Source: an uncultured bacterium
Lineage (GTDB): Bacteria; Omnitrophota; Omnitrophia; Omnitrophales; Aquincolibacteriaceae
Length of the DNA: 64,000 nt
Assembly: GCA_964482725.1 (NCBI GenBank)
Contig: CAYZYT010000007.1
Location: forward strand, 87,945 to 151,944
Direction: 5' to 3'
The position numbers were made by a program, and so were the translations under genes. Each line of letters starts with the position of its first letter. Position 1 is the first letter of the stretch. This document shows positions 27,607 to 37,375 of the stretch, piece after piece. The notes below the pieces were generated by a model, which was not told the DNA's origin, ran no database searches, and was given only the letters and a program-made list of their open reading frames with translations.

Positions 27607-28494
27607 ATGCAGCGGCATAGTTATAGGGCCCAGATCCGCGTGACGGTTGCCCCCTTTTTGTTAGCCATGTTTTTCATTTCCATTCTTTTTTTCTCTAAAA
27701 ACCTTTGGGCTGTCGAGATCTCCGATACCGAACTTTCATGGGTTTCATCGATGCATTATTCCGGATGTACAGGCCAGGATTGGAATGCGATCAAGAATGG
27801 AGGAGTATGCAAGGAAAGTAACGGAGAGCTTTGCGGCAACCATGATACAGGCCGTTGTCGGCAGTCCTGCTGCGCTCTGAACCGTCCGGGGATGGGGCAC
27901 GGGACTTGGGAGTATGAAGCTGATGACGGATGGATCTTGTTTAGTTTTACAAGCGTAAGAAGGATCACTTCGGTTTCACTTAGCAGCTACAATTCTGCGG
28001 GCCAGACAGTTTATTTTGGGAACGGGAGCGGGGTTTCGGTCGGCAATCAAGGAGGCACTGCGACGAACCCAGCGCCGAATACAAATGTCAGCACCATCAA
28101 GGTTACCAAGTGGAATTCCAATAACTATTGGAATATCAACAATGTCCGTTTTTTTTGTGCACCTAAAACGTGCGCAGATTATCCCGGGGACTACGGGACG
28201 AGTTTGGCCGATGGCTGCGGTAGCACCATCGATTGCTCAGCGGCCATGCCACTCACCGAAGTTATGAAAGTCCAATGTCCGGGGGTGACTACGCCTGTTC
28301 GAATTGCCGGCAAAGCGACATCCCTATCCTCCCTGAAGATCCAGAAGGGCGGTACAACCTATAGTCTTGCGCTGGTTGATCCGGCGACGGCTCCTGCTGC
28401 CCAAGTCTCATGTCTTCGGGTCAAAATGCCCGGCGTTGCGGCCCCACAAGCATTGCGGAAGTGTGACCCCGCCGTGACTGCTACTTGCAACTAG
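27607..28494 (+). CDS. Secreted Cys-rich hypothetical protein with conserved C-terminal CPGVT...C-x-PAVTATC module (paralog A)
   Basis: Hydrophobic N-terminus, many Cys. C-terminal ~85 aa homologous to the C-terminus of the 28575..29381 protein. GAGGAG RBS. Confidence 0.6.
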   Translation: MQRHSYRAQIRVTVAPFLLAMFFISILFFSKNLWAVEISDTELSWVSSMHYSGCTGQDWNAIKNGGVCKESNGELCGNHDTGRCRQSCCALNRPGMGHGTWEYEADDGWILFSFTSVRRITSVSLSSYNSAGQTVYFGNGSGVSVGNQGGTATNPAPNTNVSTIKVTKWNSNNYWNINNVRFFCAPKTCADYPGDYGTSLADGCGSTIDCSAAMPLTEVMKVQCPGVTTPVRIAGKATSLSSLKIQKGGTTYSLALVDPATAPAAQVSCLRVKMPGVAAPQALRKCDPAVTATCN

Positions 28495-28574
28495 CACCCC
28501 AATGATCCTGACGGAGTTGCTTCTCAAGGCAGAAAAGGGGTTTCTTTAAGACAATTTATCTTGAGATCAATAAT

Positions 28575-29381
28575 ATGACGAGAATTCTTGAGAAAATCAG
28601 AAAGCTTTGCTTCTTCGGAGGCCTCTTTTTTTTATCCTGTCAATGTTTTCCCGACACTGTTTTTGCGGATTCTTGTGCTACGGCGGAGTGGAGCAGTGGC
28701 GGTTACTCTTACTGGAGGCAGACCAACACGTGCAAGTCTTGGACGGATGGAAATGAATGCAACGGAACATCAACGCCAGCAGGGTATTCATGTGAAACGA
28801 GAGTGCTTGGCGATAATAATACATGGTGCAATTTTACTTGTGGTGCGTGGGCGTTCAATTGCTGCGTGAGATGCTGCAAGAAATGTACTAAAAGTTGCAA
28901 ATCCCAAACGGGGACGGCCTGTGGAGTGAGCAGGGACGATGGGTGTAAAACCGGTTGTGGAACCGGCACTTACTGTGCTACGAGCGGTTATGTTTGTACG
29001 AGCGGAAAATGTGTTTGCAACGATCAATGTAAATCTGCGGCGACGACGGCTTGCGGTGCGAGCCTCAACAATGGATGCAAAACCGATTGTGGAGCTGGAA
29101 CTTACTGCGCTAACGGCGCCGTTTGTACAGGTGGGGCATGTTCTTCCGGTTATACCGAAGTGATGAAGGTTCAATGTCCGGGGGTGACGATACCGGTGAG
29201 GATTGCCGGGAGCAAGACTTCCACATCCCCGCTGAAGATACAGAAGAGTGATGGCGTCTATGGCGTGGAATATGTTCCTGTGGGAGACGCTAACGGCTCA
29301 TGTGTCCATATCAAACTACCGACTCTTGGAGAAAAGGTTTTGCGGAAATGTAACCCGGCGGTGACGGCTACCTGCGCCTGA
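28575..29381 (+). CDS. Secreted Cys-rich hypothetical protein with internal ACG.S..GCKT.CG.GTYCA repeats and a C-terminal CPGVT...C-x-PAVTATC module (paralog B)
   Basis: Signal peptide. About 30 Cys. Two internal ~35 aa Cys repeats. C-terminus EVMKVQCPGVTIPVRIAG...LRKCNPAVTATCA. Confidence 0.6.
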   Translation: MTRILEKIRKLCFFGGLFFLSCQCFPDTVFADSCATAEWSSGGYSYWRQTNTCKSWTDGNECNGTSTPAGYSCETRVLGDNNTWCNFTCGAWAFNCCVRCCKKCTKSCKSQTGTACGVSRDDGCKTGCGTGTYCATSGYVCTSGKCVCNDQCKSAATTACGASLNNGCKTDCGAGTYCANGAVCTGGACSSGYTEVMKVQCPGVTIPVRIAGSKTSTSPLKIQKSDGVYGVEYVPVGDANGSCVHIKLPTLGEKVLRKCNPAVTATCA

Positions 29382-29431
29382 CAAAAGGTGCCCCCGGGTT
29401 GCAAAAGATAACTTTTACCTGAATTTTAAAT

Positions 29432-29476
29432 AAAAAAAAGGACAGGCCCCCTTTAGGCGCTTGTCCTTTTTTATTA
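29432..29476. terminator. Bidirectional Rho-independent terminator between convergent genes
   Basis: A8-AGGACAGGccccctttaggcGCTTGTCCT-T6: stem-loop flanked by an A-tract and a T-tract. Confidence 0.7.
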
Positions 29477-30289
29477 TTTCTTTAGAACAGCTTCGATCTC
29501 AGCTTTCCAGGCGTCTGCCGTTCGAGAAGCGCTTTTTTTACCATTCAGGAAAAATGTCGGCGTTCCCATCACATCCACCTTGCTGCCTAACTCCAGATCA
29601 GATTCGATGATCTTTTCATAGGTGGCGTCTTTGTCTTTTAGATCTTTCTGGAATCGAGCTACATTGAGCCCTGCTTTTTGAGCTAATTCCGTGAACTTGT
29701 CGTTGTTGAGCATTTCCGCGTTCGCAAGAATCAGGTCAGACATTTCGTAGAACTTGCCCTGCTCGCCCGCGGCCATTGCCGCCTTCGCTGCCTGGCGCGC
29801 CTTATCGTGGAATGGCAGGGGATAGTGTTTGACGAGGATGCGGACCTGATCCGGGAAGGCTTTCTGGCTTGCGATTGCTTGTGGATAAAATTTCGCGCTG
29901 AAAGGACACTGATAATCCTGGAAAACAGTGATCGTTAGCGGAGCGTCTTGGGGGCCCAGTAAATACGAATTTGCGACCGGGAGGTCATAGACTTTATTCA
30001 TATCTTCCGGCGGCGGCCCGGACATCGCAGCGAGCTGGGTTTTGATCGCTTTGACTTCGGATTCCAGGGCGGTGAGCCTTGCTTCCCAAGCGCTTGAAGC
30101 GGCCTTGCCGGCCGTGAGCAGTGTTGCCTCCATCTTCTTCTGGCTGCCGGCAATCTCCTGAAGGTGTCCGGAGATCGTTAGGGTTGCAGAGCGCACGGTT
30201 CTTTCGATGAAATAGGTGAGGCCCGATCCTCCGGCGACGAGAGTCAGAGCGATCAGTGTAAAGGTAAAAAGTCTATTTTTGTGACCCAT
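29474..30289 (-). CDS. DsbA-like thioredoxin-fold protein, membrane-anchored with a coiled-coil linker. The active site is CPFS (CxxS) rather than CxxC.
   Basis: VFQDYQCPFSAKFYP, read from the - strand (TGT CCT TTC AGC). DsbA-family C-terminal fold (GTPTFFLNGK). N-terminal TM helix. Confidence 0.7.
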   Translation of the reverse strand: MGHKNRLFTFTLIALTLVAGGSGLTYFIERTVRSATLTISGHLQEIAGSQKKMEATLLTAGKAASSAWEARLTALESEVKAIKTQLAAMSGPPPEDMNKVYDLPVANSYLLGPQDAPLTITVFQDYQCPFSAKFYPQAIASQKAFPDQVRILVKHYPLPFHDKARQAAKAAMAAGEQGKFYEMSDLILANAEMLNNDKFTELAQKAGLNVARFQKDLKDKDATYEKIIESDLELGSKVDVMGTPTFFLNGKKSASRTADAWKAEIEAVLKK

Positions 30290-30512
30290 GGGATTTCTCC
30301 TGATTTTTGAAACGTATGGTACCTCAAGCGTGTTTGGAAATCCATGGTTTCGAACGGAAGCCTCGAGAAAAGATTCTTTTGTCTCGCGGGCTTATTTCGC
30401 GTATTAAAATTAAAGAAGCCCATTTATTTTTCGAGTTTATTGACAAGCCCCGCATGGGTTTAGTATGATACCGCAAATGGGACAGGCAACAGCATCTATC
30501 CAGCATATTTAC

Positions 30513-30566
30513 AGGCACAAAGCAGCGCGGAACGCGTTCGTCTTTGTGCCTTTTTTGTTTTTAGCG
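30513..30566 (+). terminator. Intrinsic terminator-like hairpin inside the 5' leader of the guaB-like gene (candidate attenuator or riboswitch expression platform)
   Basis: AGGCACAAAG-(19 nt loop)-CTTTGTGCCT followed by TTTTTTGTTTTT on the + strand. 10-bp perfect stem. Confidence 0.5.
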
Positions 30567-30602
30567 GCCACTGATTCTAAAGATTAAACAGGGGGAACTC
30601 TT

Positions 30603-31763
30603 ATGTCCGTTTTTATCGGAAAAGATCGCAAAGCACGCCGGGCCTATGGTTTCGATGAGATCGCTTTAGTGCCCGGTGACAAAACCATCAATCCGGATGA
30701 AGTCGATATCAAGATGCCCTTGGGAGACATGACGCTCGATATTCCGTTCTTGGCTTCCGCCATGGACGGTGTTGTGGACCCGAAGTTCGCCATCGCCATG
30801 GGAAAACTCGGGGGGCTTGCCGTGTTGAACCTCGAAGGGATCTATACCCGCTACGACGATTACGAATCGATCCTTGAGGAGATCTCCAAATCAACGCCGG
30901 AAAAGGCGACGCAGCTCGTTCAAAAACTGTATGTCAAACCCATCAACGAAAAGCTGATCGCTAAACGTATCAAAGAGATCAAAAAGGCGAAGGTCCTTTG
31001 CGCCGTGAGTGCGATCCCTCAGCGTGCCGAACGGTTCGGGAAGATCGCCGAAGAAGCGGGCGCGGACATTTTTGTGGTTCAATCGACGGTCACTTCGGTG
31101 AAGCACATATCGAAAGCTTATCAGGTGGTTAATTTTTCAAAGTTTTGTAAAAAAATGAAGATTCCGGTTATCTTGGGGAACTGTGTGACTTACAAAGTCG
31201 CTTTGGAACTCGCGGAAACCGGTTGCGCAGGACTTCTTATCGGCATCGGCCCGGGTTCGGCCTGCACGAGTCGCGGTGTTTTGGGGATTGGAGTGCCTCA
31301 GGTGACTGCGATCGCCGATTGCGCAGCGGCGCGTGAGCACTATTACAAAAAAACTGGAAAATACGTTTCAATTATCGCGGATGGTGGCATGTCGACCGGC
31401 GGCGATATTTGCAAATCGATCGCCAGTGGTGCGGATGGTGTCATGGTGGGATCGGCTTTTGCCCGTGCGAAAGAAGCCCCCGGCCGAGGGTTCCATTGGG
31501 GCATGGCCACGCCTCACGCGAATCTTCCTCGTGGCACGAGAATTCATGTGGGGACGACTGGGACTCTGGAAGAGATCCTTCAGGGACCCGCGCATTTGGA
31601 TGACGGAACGCAGAACCTGGTGGGTGCTCTTCGCACTTCCATGGGGAATCTTGGCGCTTCCAATATCCGTGAGATGCAGATGACCGAAATCGTGATCGCG
31701 CCGGCCATCAAGACCGAAGGAAAACTATTTCAAACAGCCCAGAAGCTTGGGATGTGCAAATGA
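30603..31763 (+). CDS. IMP dehydrogenase-family protein lacking the CBS subdomain (GuaB-like, short form)
   Basis: 386 aa. IMPDH N-terminus (YGFDEIALVPG). Catalytic loop GIGPGSACTSRGVLGIGVPQVTAIAD with Cys retained. AGGGGGA RBS. Confidence 0.75.
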   Translation: MSVFIGKDRKARRAYGFDEIALVPGDKTINPDEVDIKMPLGDMTLDIPFLASAMDGVVDPKFAIAMGKLGGLAVLNLEGIYTRYDDYESILEEISKSTPEKATQLVQKLYVKPINEKLIAKRIKEIKKAKVLCAVSAIPQRAERFGKIAEEAGADIFVVQSTVTSVKHISKAYQVVNFSKFCKKMKIPVILGNCVTYKVALELAETGCAGLLIGIGPGSACTSRGVLGIGVPQVTAIADCAAAREHYYKKTGKYVSIIADGGMSTGGDICKSIASGADGVMVGSAFARAKEAPGRGFHWGMATPHANLPRGTRIHVGTTGTLEEILQGPAHLDDGTQNLVGALRTSMGNLGASNIREMQMTEIVIAPAIKTEGKLFQTAQKLGMCK

Positions 31764-31866
31764 AATGAGGCTATCCCTTAGCGAAGCTAAGTGATTCGGC
31801 CGAATTTCATCCCCGAATGTTTCTGTCGGGGATCTAGAGCTGGATTCCCGCTACAAGCATGCGGGA

Positions 31867-33459
31867 ATGACAGAGGTTTTTGCAGCCCCTGTGGGGCAAA
31901 AGGGAGATAGAATTCGAGTGGAAGAAAACATCGTTGTTCTGGATTTTGGATCGCAGTACACGCAGCTGATCGCCCGGCGCGTGCGTGAGAACAAGGTCTT
32001 CTCGAAGGTGCTACCCTTTAATGCGCCGCTTGAAAAGATCCTTGCCGAAAATCCCACGGGCATCATTCTTTCCGGCTCTCCCGCCAATGTTTACACCAAG
32101 GATTCGCCCATTCCGGACAAACGGCTTCTGCTTTGCGGGATTCCGATCCTCGGGATTTGCTATGGGATGCAAGTGACGGCGCATCTTTTTGGCGGACGCG
32201 TTCACAAATCCAATAAGCGTGAATATGGGTTCTCCGAACTTCATATCGATAAACCCCAAAGCCCACTTTTCAAGGGGCTTCCCAAGCATCTGACCTGCTG
32301 GATGAGCCATGGGGATAAGCTGGAACGTCTTCCCGGAGGATTTGAGCGTCTTGCACACACAGAGAACGCACCGTTTGCGGCTATGGGCGATGCCAAACGG
32401 AAGATTTATTGTATCCAGTTCCATGCCGAGGTTGCGCACACGCCGCTCGGTTCCAGGATCCTTAAAAATTTTCTTTCCCGTGTTTGCGGCTGTCGCATGA
32501 CCTGGACAGCGGAATCCTTTATTGCCGAAAGCATCCGGAAGATCCGCCAGCAGGTGGGGAAAGACCGCGTGGTGCTTGGGCTTTCCGGTGGCGTGGATTC
32601 TTCGGTGGCGGCGGTGCTCCTTCATAGGGCGATCGGTAAAAAACTCAATTGCATTTTTGTGGATAACGGGCTCCTCAGGCTCGGCGAAGCCGAGAAGGTC
32701 GAAAAGACTTTCCGCGGGCACTTCAGGATGAATCTTAAAGTCGTGGATTCCGAAAAGATCTTTCTGTCCCGGCTCAAGGGAGTGATCGATCCTGAGAAAA
32801 AGCGCAAGGTGATCGGGAAGGCTTTTATCGATGTGTTCGCGAGCGAGGCTAAAAAGCTCGGGAAGGTGCCGTTCCTCGCGCAAGGAACGCTTTATCCCGA
32901 CGTGATCGAATCCGTGTCTTATCACGGGGGCCCCACGAGCGTGATCAAGAGCCATCACAATGTTGGCGGGCTTCCGAAAGATATGAAATTCAAGCTAGTC
33001 GAGCCGCTCAAAGAACTTTTTAAGGATGAGGTCCGCGCGGTTGGGAAGGCTCTCGGGATCGATAAGGATATCGTCGGGCGTCAGCCTTTTCCGGGGCCGG
33101 GACTTGCGGTGCGTATTTTGGGCGAGGTCCGCAAGGACCGTTGCGAGCTTCTCCGCAAGGCGGACTGGATCGTGATCGATGAGATCAAAAAAGCTGGTTA
33201 TTATGACAAGGTCTGGCAGTCTTTTGCTGTGCTGCTTCCCATCCAGAGCGTCGGCGTGATGGGGGATGAACGCACGTATGAGAACGCCGTGGCGGTGCGT
33301 GCTGTGACTTCCCAGGATGGCATGACGGCGGATTGGGCGAAGCTCCCGCCGGAACTTTTGGGACGCATTTCTAACCGCATCATTAATGAAGTGCGCGGCA
33401 TCAACCGCGTCTGTTACGATATTTCCTCCAAGCCCCCGGCCACGATTGAGTGGGAATGA
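31867..33459 (+). CDS. guaA: GMP synthase (glutamine-hydrolysing)
   Basis: GATase ([23 protein letters not shown]). ATP-PPase P-loop [11 protein letters not shown]-terminal dimerisation domain. Confidence 0.95.
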   Translation: MTEVFAAPVGQKGDRIRVEENIVVLDFGSQYTQLIARRVRENKVFSKVLPFNAPLEKILAENPTGIILSGSPANVYTKDSPIPDKRLLLCGIPILGICYGMQVTAHLFGGRVHKSNKREYGFSELHIDKPQSPLFKGLPKHLTCWMSHGDKLERLPGGFERLAHTENAPFAAMGDAKRKIYCIQFHAEVAHTPLGSRILKNFLSRVCGCRMTWTAESFIAESIRKIRQQVGKDRVVLGLSGGVDSSVAAVLLHRAIGKKLNCIFVDNGLLRLGEAEKVEKTFRGHFRMNLKVVDSEKIFLSRLKGVIDPEKKRKVIGKAFIDVFASEAKKLGKVPFLAQGTLYPDVIESVSYHGGPTSVIKSHHNVGGLPKDMKFKLVEPLKELFKDEVRAVGKALGIDKDIVGRQPFPGPGLAVRILGEVRKDRCELLRKADWIVIDEIKKAGYYDKVWQSFAVLLPIQSVGVMGDERTYENAVAVRAVTSQDGMTADWAKLPPELLGRISNRIINEVRGINRVCYDISSKPPATIEWE

Positions 33460-33543
33460 CAATCGGAGGGCGGAGGGCGGAAGGCGGATGGCGTCAAACT
33501 GAAAACTCCATCCCCCCTCCTCCATCCGTTCAGCGAATTTAAA

Positions 33544-36500
33544 ATGAGCCACAGCGACTTCGTTCATCTCCACTGTCACACCGAGTACAGTCTTCTTGAC
33601 GCGACGTGCAAGATCGATGAGCTCATGACGCGCGCCAAGGAGCTCCGTTTTCCGGCACTCGCCATGACCGACAACGGAAATCTTTTCGGTGCTATCCAGT
33701 TCTATTCCAAGGCCATGAAAGAGGGGATCAAACCCATCGTCGGGATGAGCACGTACGTGGCGCCCGGATCCCGGCTCGAGAGACAGGCTCATGGCATCAA
33801 GGAAGCCTCCTTCCACCTCACGCTTTTGGCCACGAACGAGCAAGGTTATCGAAATCTTATGAAACTTGCGAGCATGGGATACACCGAAGGTTTCTATTAT
33901 CGGCCGCGGGTGGATAAAGAGATCCTTAAGGAATATGCGGAAGGTCTGATCGCGCTCTCCGGCGGGCTCAAAGGCGAGGTCCCGTATTATCTCTATCATG
34001 ATCAGATGCATGATGCGAGGAAGGTGTCGGCGGAATACGCAGAGATCTTTGGCAAAGACCGGTTCTTTCTCGAGATCATGGAACACGGGCTGGAGCCTCA
34101 GAAAAAAGTGATCCAAGGTTCCCAGCAGCTTGCCAAAGAGCTCAAGCTTGGCATCGTGGCCACCAATGACGTGCATTACATACATCAGAACCAGGCGATG
34201 GCGCATGATGCGCTGATCTGTATCGGGACCGGCGCGAAGCTCGATGAGCCGAATCGTATGCGCTACCAGGGCGACCAGTATTACCTCCGGTCCGCGGAGG
34301 AGATGAAAAGTCTTTTCAAGGATATCCCGCAAGCGATCCGGTCCACGATCGAGATCGCGGAGCGCTGCAATCTGGAGCTCGATTTTCACAAGATCTTCCT
34401 TCCGCAATTTGCGCCGCCCGACGGGAAGACGCAGATCCAGTATATGGAAGAGCTTTGCTTCCGGTTCCTGCGCGAGCGTTTTGCCGGAGAGATCCCTCCG
34501 GAATATGAAGCGCGTTTGCGTACCGAGATCACACTGATCAGCAAGATGGGCTATATCAGCTACTTCCTGATCGTTTGGGATTTTATCCGGTTCGCGCGGG
34601 AAAAGGGGATACCGGTGGGACCGGGTCGCGGTTCAGCGGCCGGAAGTTTGGTGGCTTACTCCCTTTATATTACCGATGTGGATCCTATCCGGTATCACCT
34701 CTATTTCGAGCGTTTTCTCAATCCCGAACGCGTGAGCATGCCGGATATTGATATCGATTTTTGCTACGAGCGTCGGGACGAGGTGATCGACTATGTGAAA
34801 CGCAAATACGGGACTGCGAATGTGGCCCAGATCATCACGTTCGGCACGATGGCTGCGAAAGCGGCTGTGCGTGACGTGGGACGGGTGATGGGGATCCCTT
34901 ACGGTGAGGTAGACCGGATCGCGAAGCTGATTCCTCTGGAGCTCAAGATCACGCTCAAGCAGGCCTTGGAGCGTGAACCTCAGCTAAAAGAAATGGTCGC
35001 GACGGATGTGCGGATGGCGCAACTGATCGAGACTTCCCAGGCCCTGGAGGGGCTTTCCCGTCACGCCTCGATCCATGCGGCCGGCGTTGTGATCTCGGAT
35101 GTGCCTCTGACGGAACATGTTCCTCTCTATAAGACGGAAGACCAGGTCTGCACGCAGTACACGATGAAGGACCTCGAAAAGATCGGTCTTCTGAAGATGG
35201 ACTTTCTGGGGTTGAAGACGCTCACCGTGATCAACGAAGCGGTCAAGATCGTCCAGAAGCAGCGCAATGTGAAGATCGATGTCTCGAAGCTCCCCGAGGA
35301 CGATCCGGAGACTTACGAGATGCTGGCGAAGGGCGATGCGCTCGGGGTATTTCAGCTTGAAAGCTCGGGCATGCGCGATCTTCTCAAAAAAATGAAGCCG
35401 AGCCACTTTGACCATCTTGTCGCATTGCTTGCTCTTTATCGTCCGGGACCTCTGGGCAGCGGTATGGTGGATGATTTCATCAAGCGCATGCGTGACCCAA
35501 AACTTATCAAGTACGATCATCCGGCTCTTGAGCCGAGTCTGAAGGAAACTTATGGTGTGATCCTTTATCAGGAACAGGTCATGCGTATCGTGAGCGACCT
35601 TGCCGGATTCACGCTTGCTCAGGCCGATTCGCTGCGCCGGGCCATCGGGAAAAAGATCCCAGAGGTCATGGCCAAGGAAAAGAAGGCTTTTATGGATGGC
35701 GCCATGAAACGCGGTGCCAAGGAAAAAGTCGCGGAGAAGATCTGGGAACTCATCGATTACTTTTCAGGCTACGGTTTCAATAAATCCCATTCCACAGCTT
35801 ACGCGGCGGTGTCTTATCAGACTGCCTATCTTAAGGCTCATTATCCCGTGGAGTTCATGACCGCGCTGCTGACCTCGGAAATGAACAATACCGATAAAGT
35901 GGTGCAATACATCGAAGCAGCCAAGAAAATGGGGATCGATGTCCTGCCGCCCGCGGCGAATGAAAGTTTTTCTGATTTTACCTGTGTGGGAAATCATATC
36001 CGGTTCGGGCTCGCGGCCATCAAGAACGTCGGTTCGACCGCCATTGAATCTATTATTGCAACGCGGCTGAAGGATGGACCGTTCCGTTCGCTTTTTGATT
36101 TTGTCCAGCGCGTGGAGCTCCGGACCTGTAACCACAAGGTCATGGAAAGTCTGATCAAATGTGGCGCTTTTGACGAGTGGAAGCTTCACCGTTCGCAGCT
36201 TATGGCGATGCTGGATGGCGTGTTGGATATGGGCGCGAATATTCAGAAGGATCGCAGCCGTGGGCAGCTTTCTTTTTTTGAAAATAGCGGAGGCGGGCAG
36301 GACGGGTTTCATGATCAACAGGCCGCGGTGCCGGATATCCCGGAGTGGCCGGAGAACCAAAAACTGGCGTATGAGCGCGAGCTGATCGGTTTTTATGTTT
36401 CCTCGCATCCTCTTTCCAAATATGCCAAGATCCTTAAAAGTTACGCGTCGGCAACCACCGCCAATCTTTCGGAATTCAATCACCAGGCTGAGGTGACGAT

Positions 36501-36987
36501 CGGTGGGATCATTGATACGATGAAAGAGATCCTAACGAAAAAAGGGGACAAGATGGCGTTCCTGAGCCTTCAGGATCTGAACGGTTCTTGCGAAACGGTT
36601 GTATTTCCGAGTGTTTTTAAGGCCGCTGGGACTTTGATCCAAAAGGATGCGTTGGTTTTCATTAAAGGCAAGGTTGACGCACGCGACGATGTGGCGAAGC
36701 TTCTGGCCGATGAGATCATTCCCTTGGAAGAAGTTCCTAAGCGGTATACGCGTATGATCGCCATCAACCTCAAGACCGCAGGGTTGGGAGCCGAAGTCCT
36801 GAAGGAGGTGCGCAGGATCCTTATGGCCCATAAGGGGAGCACCCCAGTTTATCTTACACTCCAGGACCCCAAGGGGCGAATGACGGTCCTGGATTCCGGG
36901 GATAGTCTCAAGGTTGAGACCTCCGATGTTCTCTTCGAGGAACTCGAGCGTCTTCTGGGAGAAAATTCCGTCAAAATACGGTCTTAG
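33544..36987 (+). CDS. dnaE: DNA polymerase III alpha subunit
   Basis: 1147 aa. PHP domain HLHCHTEYSLLDA. Polymerase core (FNKSHSTAYA). OB-fold C-terminus. Confidence 0.95.
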   Translation: MSHSDFVHLHCHTEYSLLDATCKIDELMTRAKELRFPALAMTDNGNLFGAIQFYSKAMKEGIKPIVGMSTYVAPGSRLERQAHGIKEASFHLTLLATNEQGYRNLMKLASMGYTEGFYYRPRVDKEILKEYAEGLIALSGGLKGEVPYYLYHDQMHDARKVSAEYAEIFGKDRFFLEIMEHGLEPQKKVIQGSQQLAKELKLGIVATNDVHYIHQNQAMAHDALICIGTGAKLDEPNRMRYQGDQYYLRSAEEMKSLFKDIPQAIRSTIEIAERCNLELDFHKIFLPQFAPPDGKTQIQYMEELCFRFLRERFAGEIPPEYEARLRTEITLISKMGYISYFLIVWDFIRFAREKGIPVGPGRGSAAGSLVAYSLYITDVDPIRYHLYFERFLNPERVSMPDIDIDFCYERRDEVIDYVKRKYGTANVAQIITFGTMAAKAAVRDVGRVMGIPYGEVDRIAKLIPLELKITLKQALEREPQLKEMVATDVRMAQLIETSQALEGLSRHASIHAAGVVISDVPLTEHVPLYKTEDQVCTQYTMKDLEKIGLLKMDFLGLKTLTVINEAVKIVQKQRNVKIDVSKLPEDDPETYEMLAKGDALGVFQLESSGMRDLLKKMKPSHFDHLVALLALYRPGPLGSGMVDDFIKRMRDPKLIKYDHPALEPSLKETYGVILYQEQVMRIVSDLAGFTLAQADSLRRAIGKKIPEVMAKEKKAFMDGAMKRGAKEKVAEKIWELIDYFSGYGFNKSHSTAYAAVSYQTAYLKAHYPVEFMTALLTSEMNNTDKVVQYIEAAKKMGIDVLPPAANESFSDFTCVGNHIRFGLAAIKNVGSTAIESIIATRLKDGPFRSLFDFVQRVELRTCNHKVMESLIKCGAFDEWKLHRSQLMAMLDGVLDMGANIQKDRSRGQLSFFENSGGGQDGFHDQQAAVPDIPEWPENQKLAYERELIGFYVSSHPLSKYAKILKSYASATTANLSEFNHQAEVTIGGIIDTMKEILTKKGDKMAFLSLQDLNGSCETVVFPSVFKAAGTLIQKDALVFIKGKVDARDDVAKLLADEIIPLEEVPKRYTRMIAINLKTAGLGAEVLKEVRRILMAHKGSTPVYLTLQDPKGRMTVLDSGDSLKVETSDVLFEELERLLGENSVKIRS

Positions 36988-37375
36988 GAGCTGCTTTTTC
37001 TTTATCCGGCCTCTTTTAAGAAATAAACAGTAATCAGTCCCAATATCTTTCTATTGATATTTTCTTAGAAATTTTGGGCATTGAACTGCCCCGAGAATAA
37101 AAATAAAATAAAGACTTGGGCAGGATTATTCCGCATTTTCAATAAAAGAGCGATGGAAAGCAGGGTTAACCCCAAGCATTGCTTGAGGTTACAACTTAAA
37201 TCGCTTGACAAGGCTCTCGAGATTTGCTATTTTTTTGCATCTTCAGACAGGATAAGCAGTTGGAGAGATTCAGCGGGAGCTTTGAATTTATTTTACGGAA
37301 GGATGCAGGGATTTGTGACCAACGAATACCCGTTTAGGATTTTTTGATTTCTAGCGGGGTAAAGGAGGTGGGACC

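Noticed and set aside
27262-27620. Alternative-frame ORFs (27262..27468 -, 27360..27620 +) across the Thr-rich repeat gene
   Set aside because: These are products of the same tandem repeats read in other frames. The frame at 27137 has a signal peptide and RBS.
32995-34407. 470-aa minus-strand ORF spanning the guaA 3' end, the intergenic hairpin and the dnaE 5' end
   Set aside because: It is antisense to two unambiguous, highly conserved genes (GMP synthase and the DNA Pol III alpha PHP domain). It has no recognisable motifs and is a typical long antisense ORF in GC-rich coding DNA.
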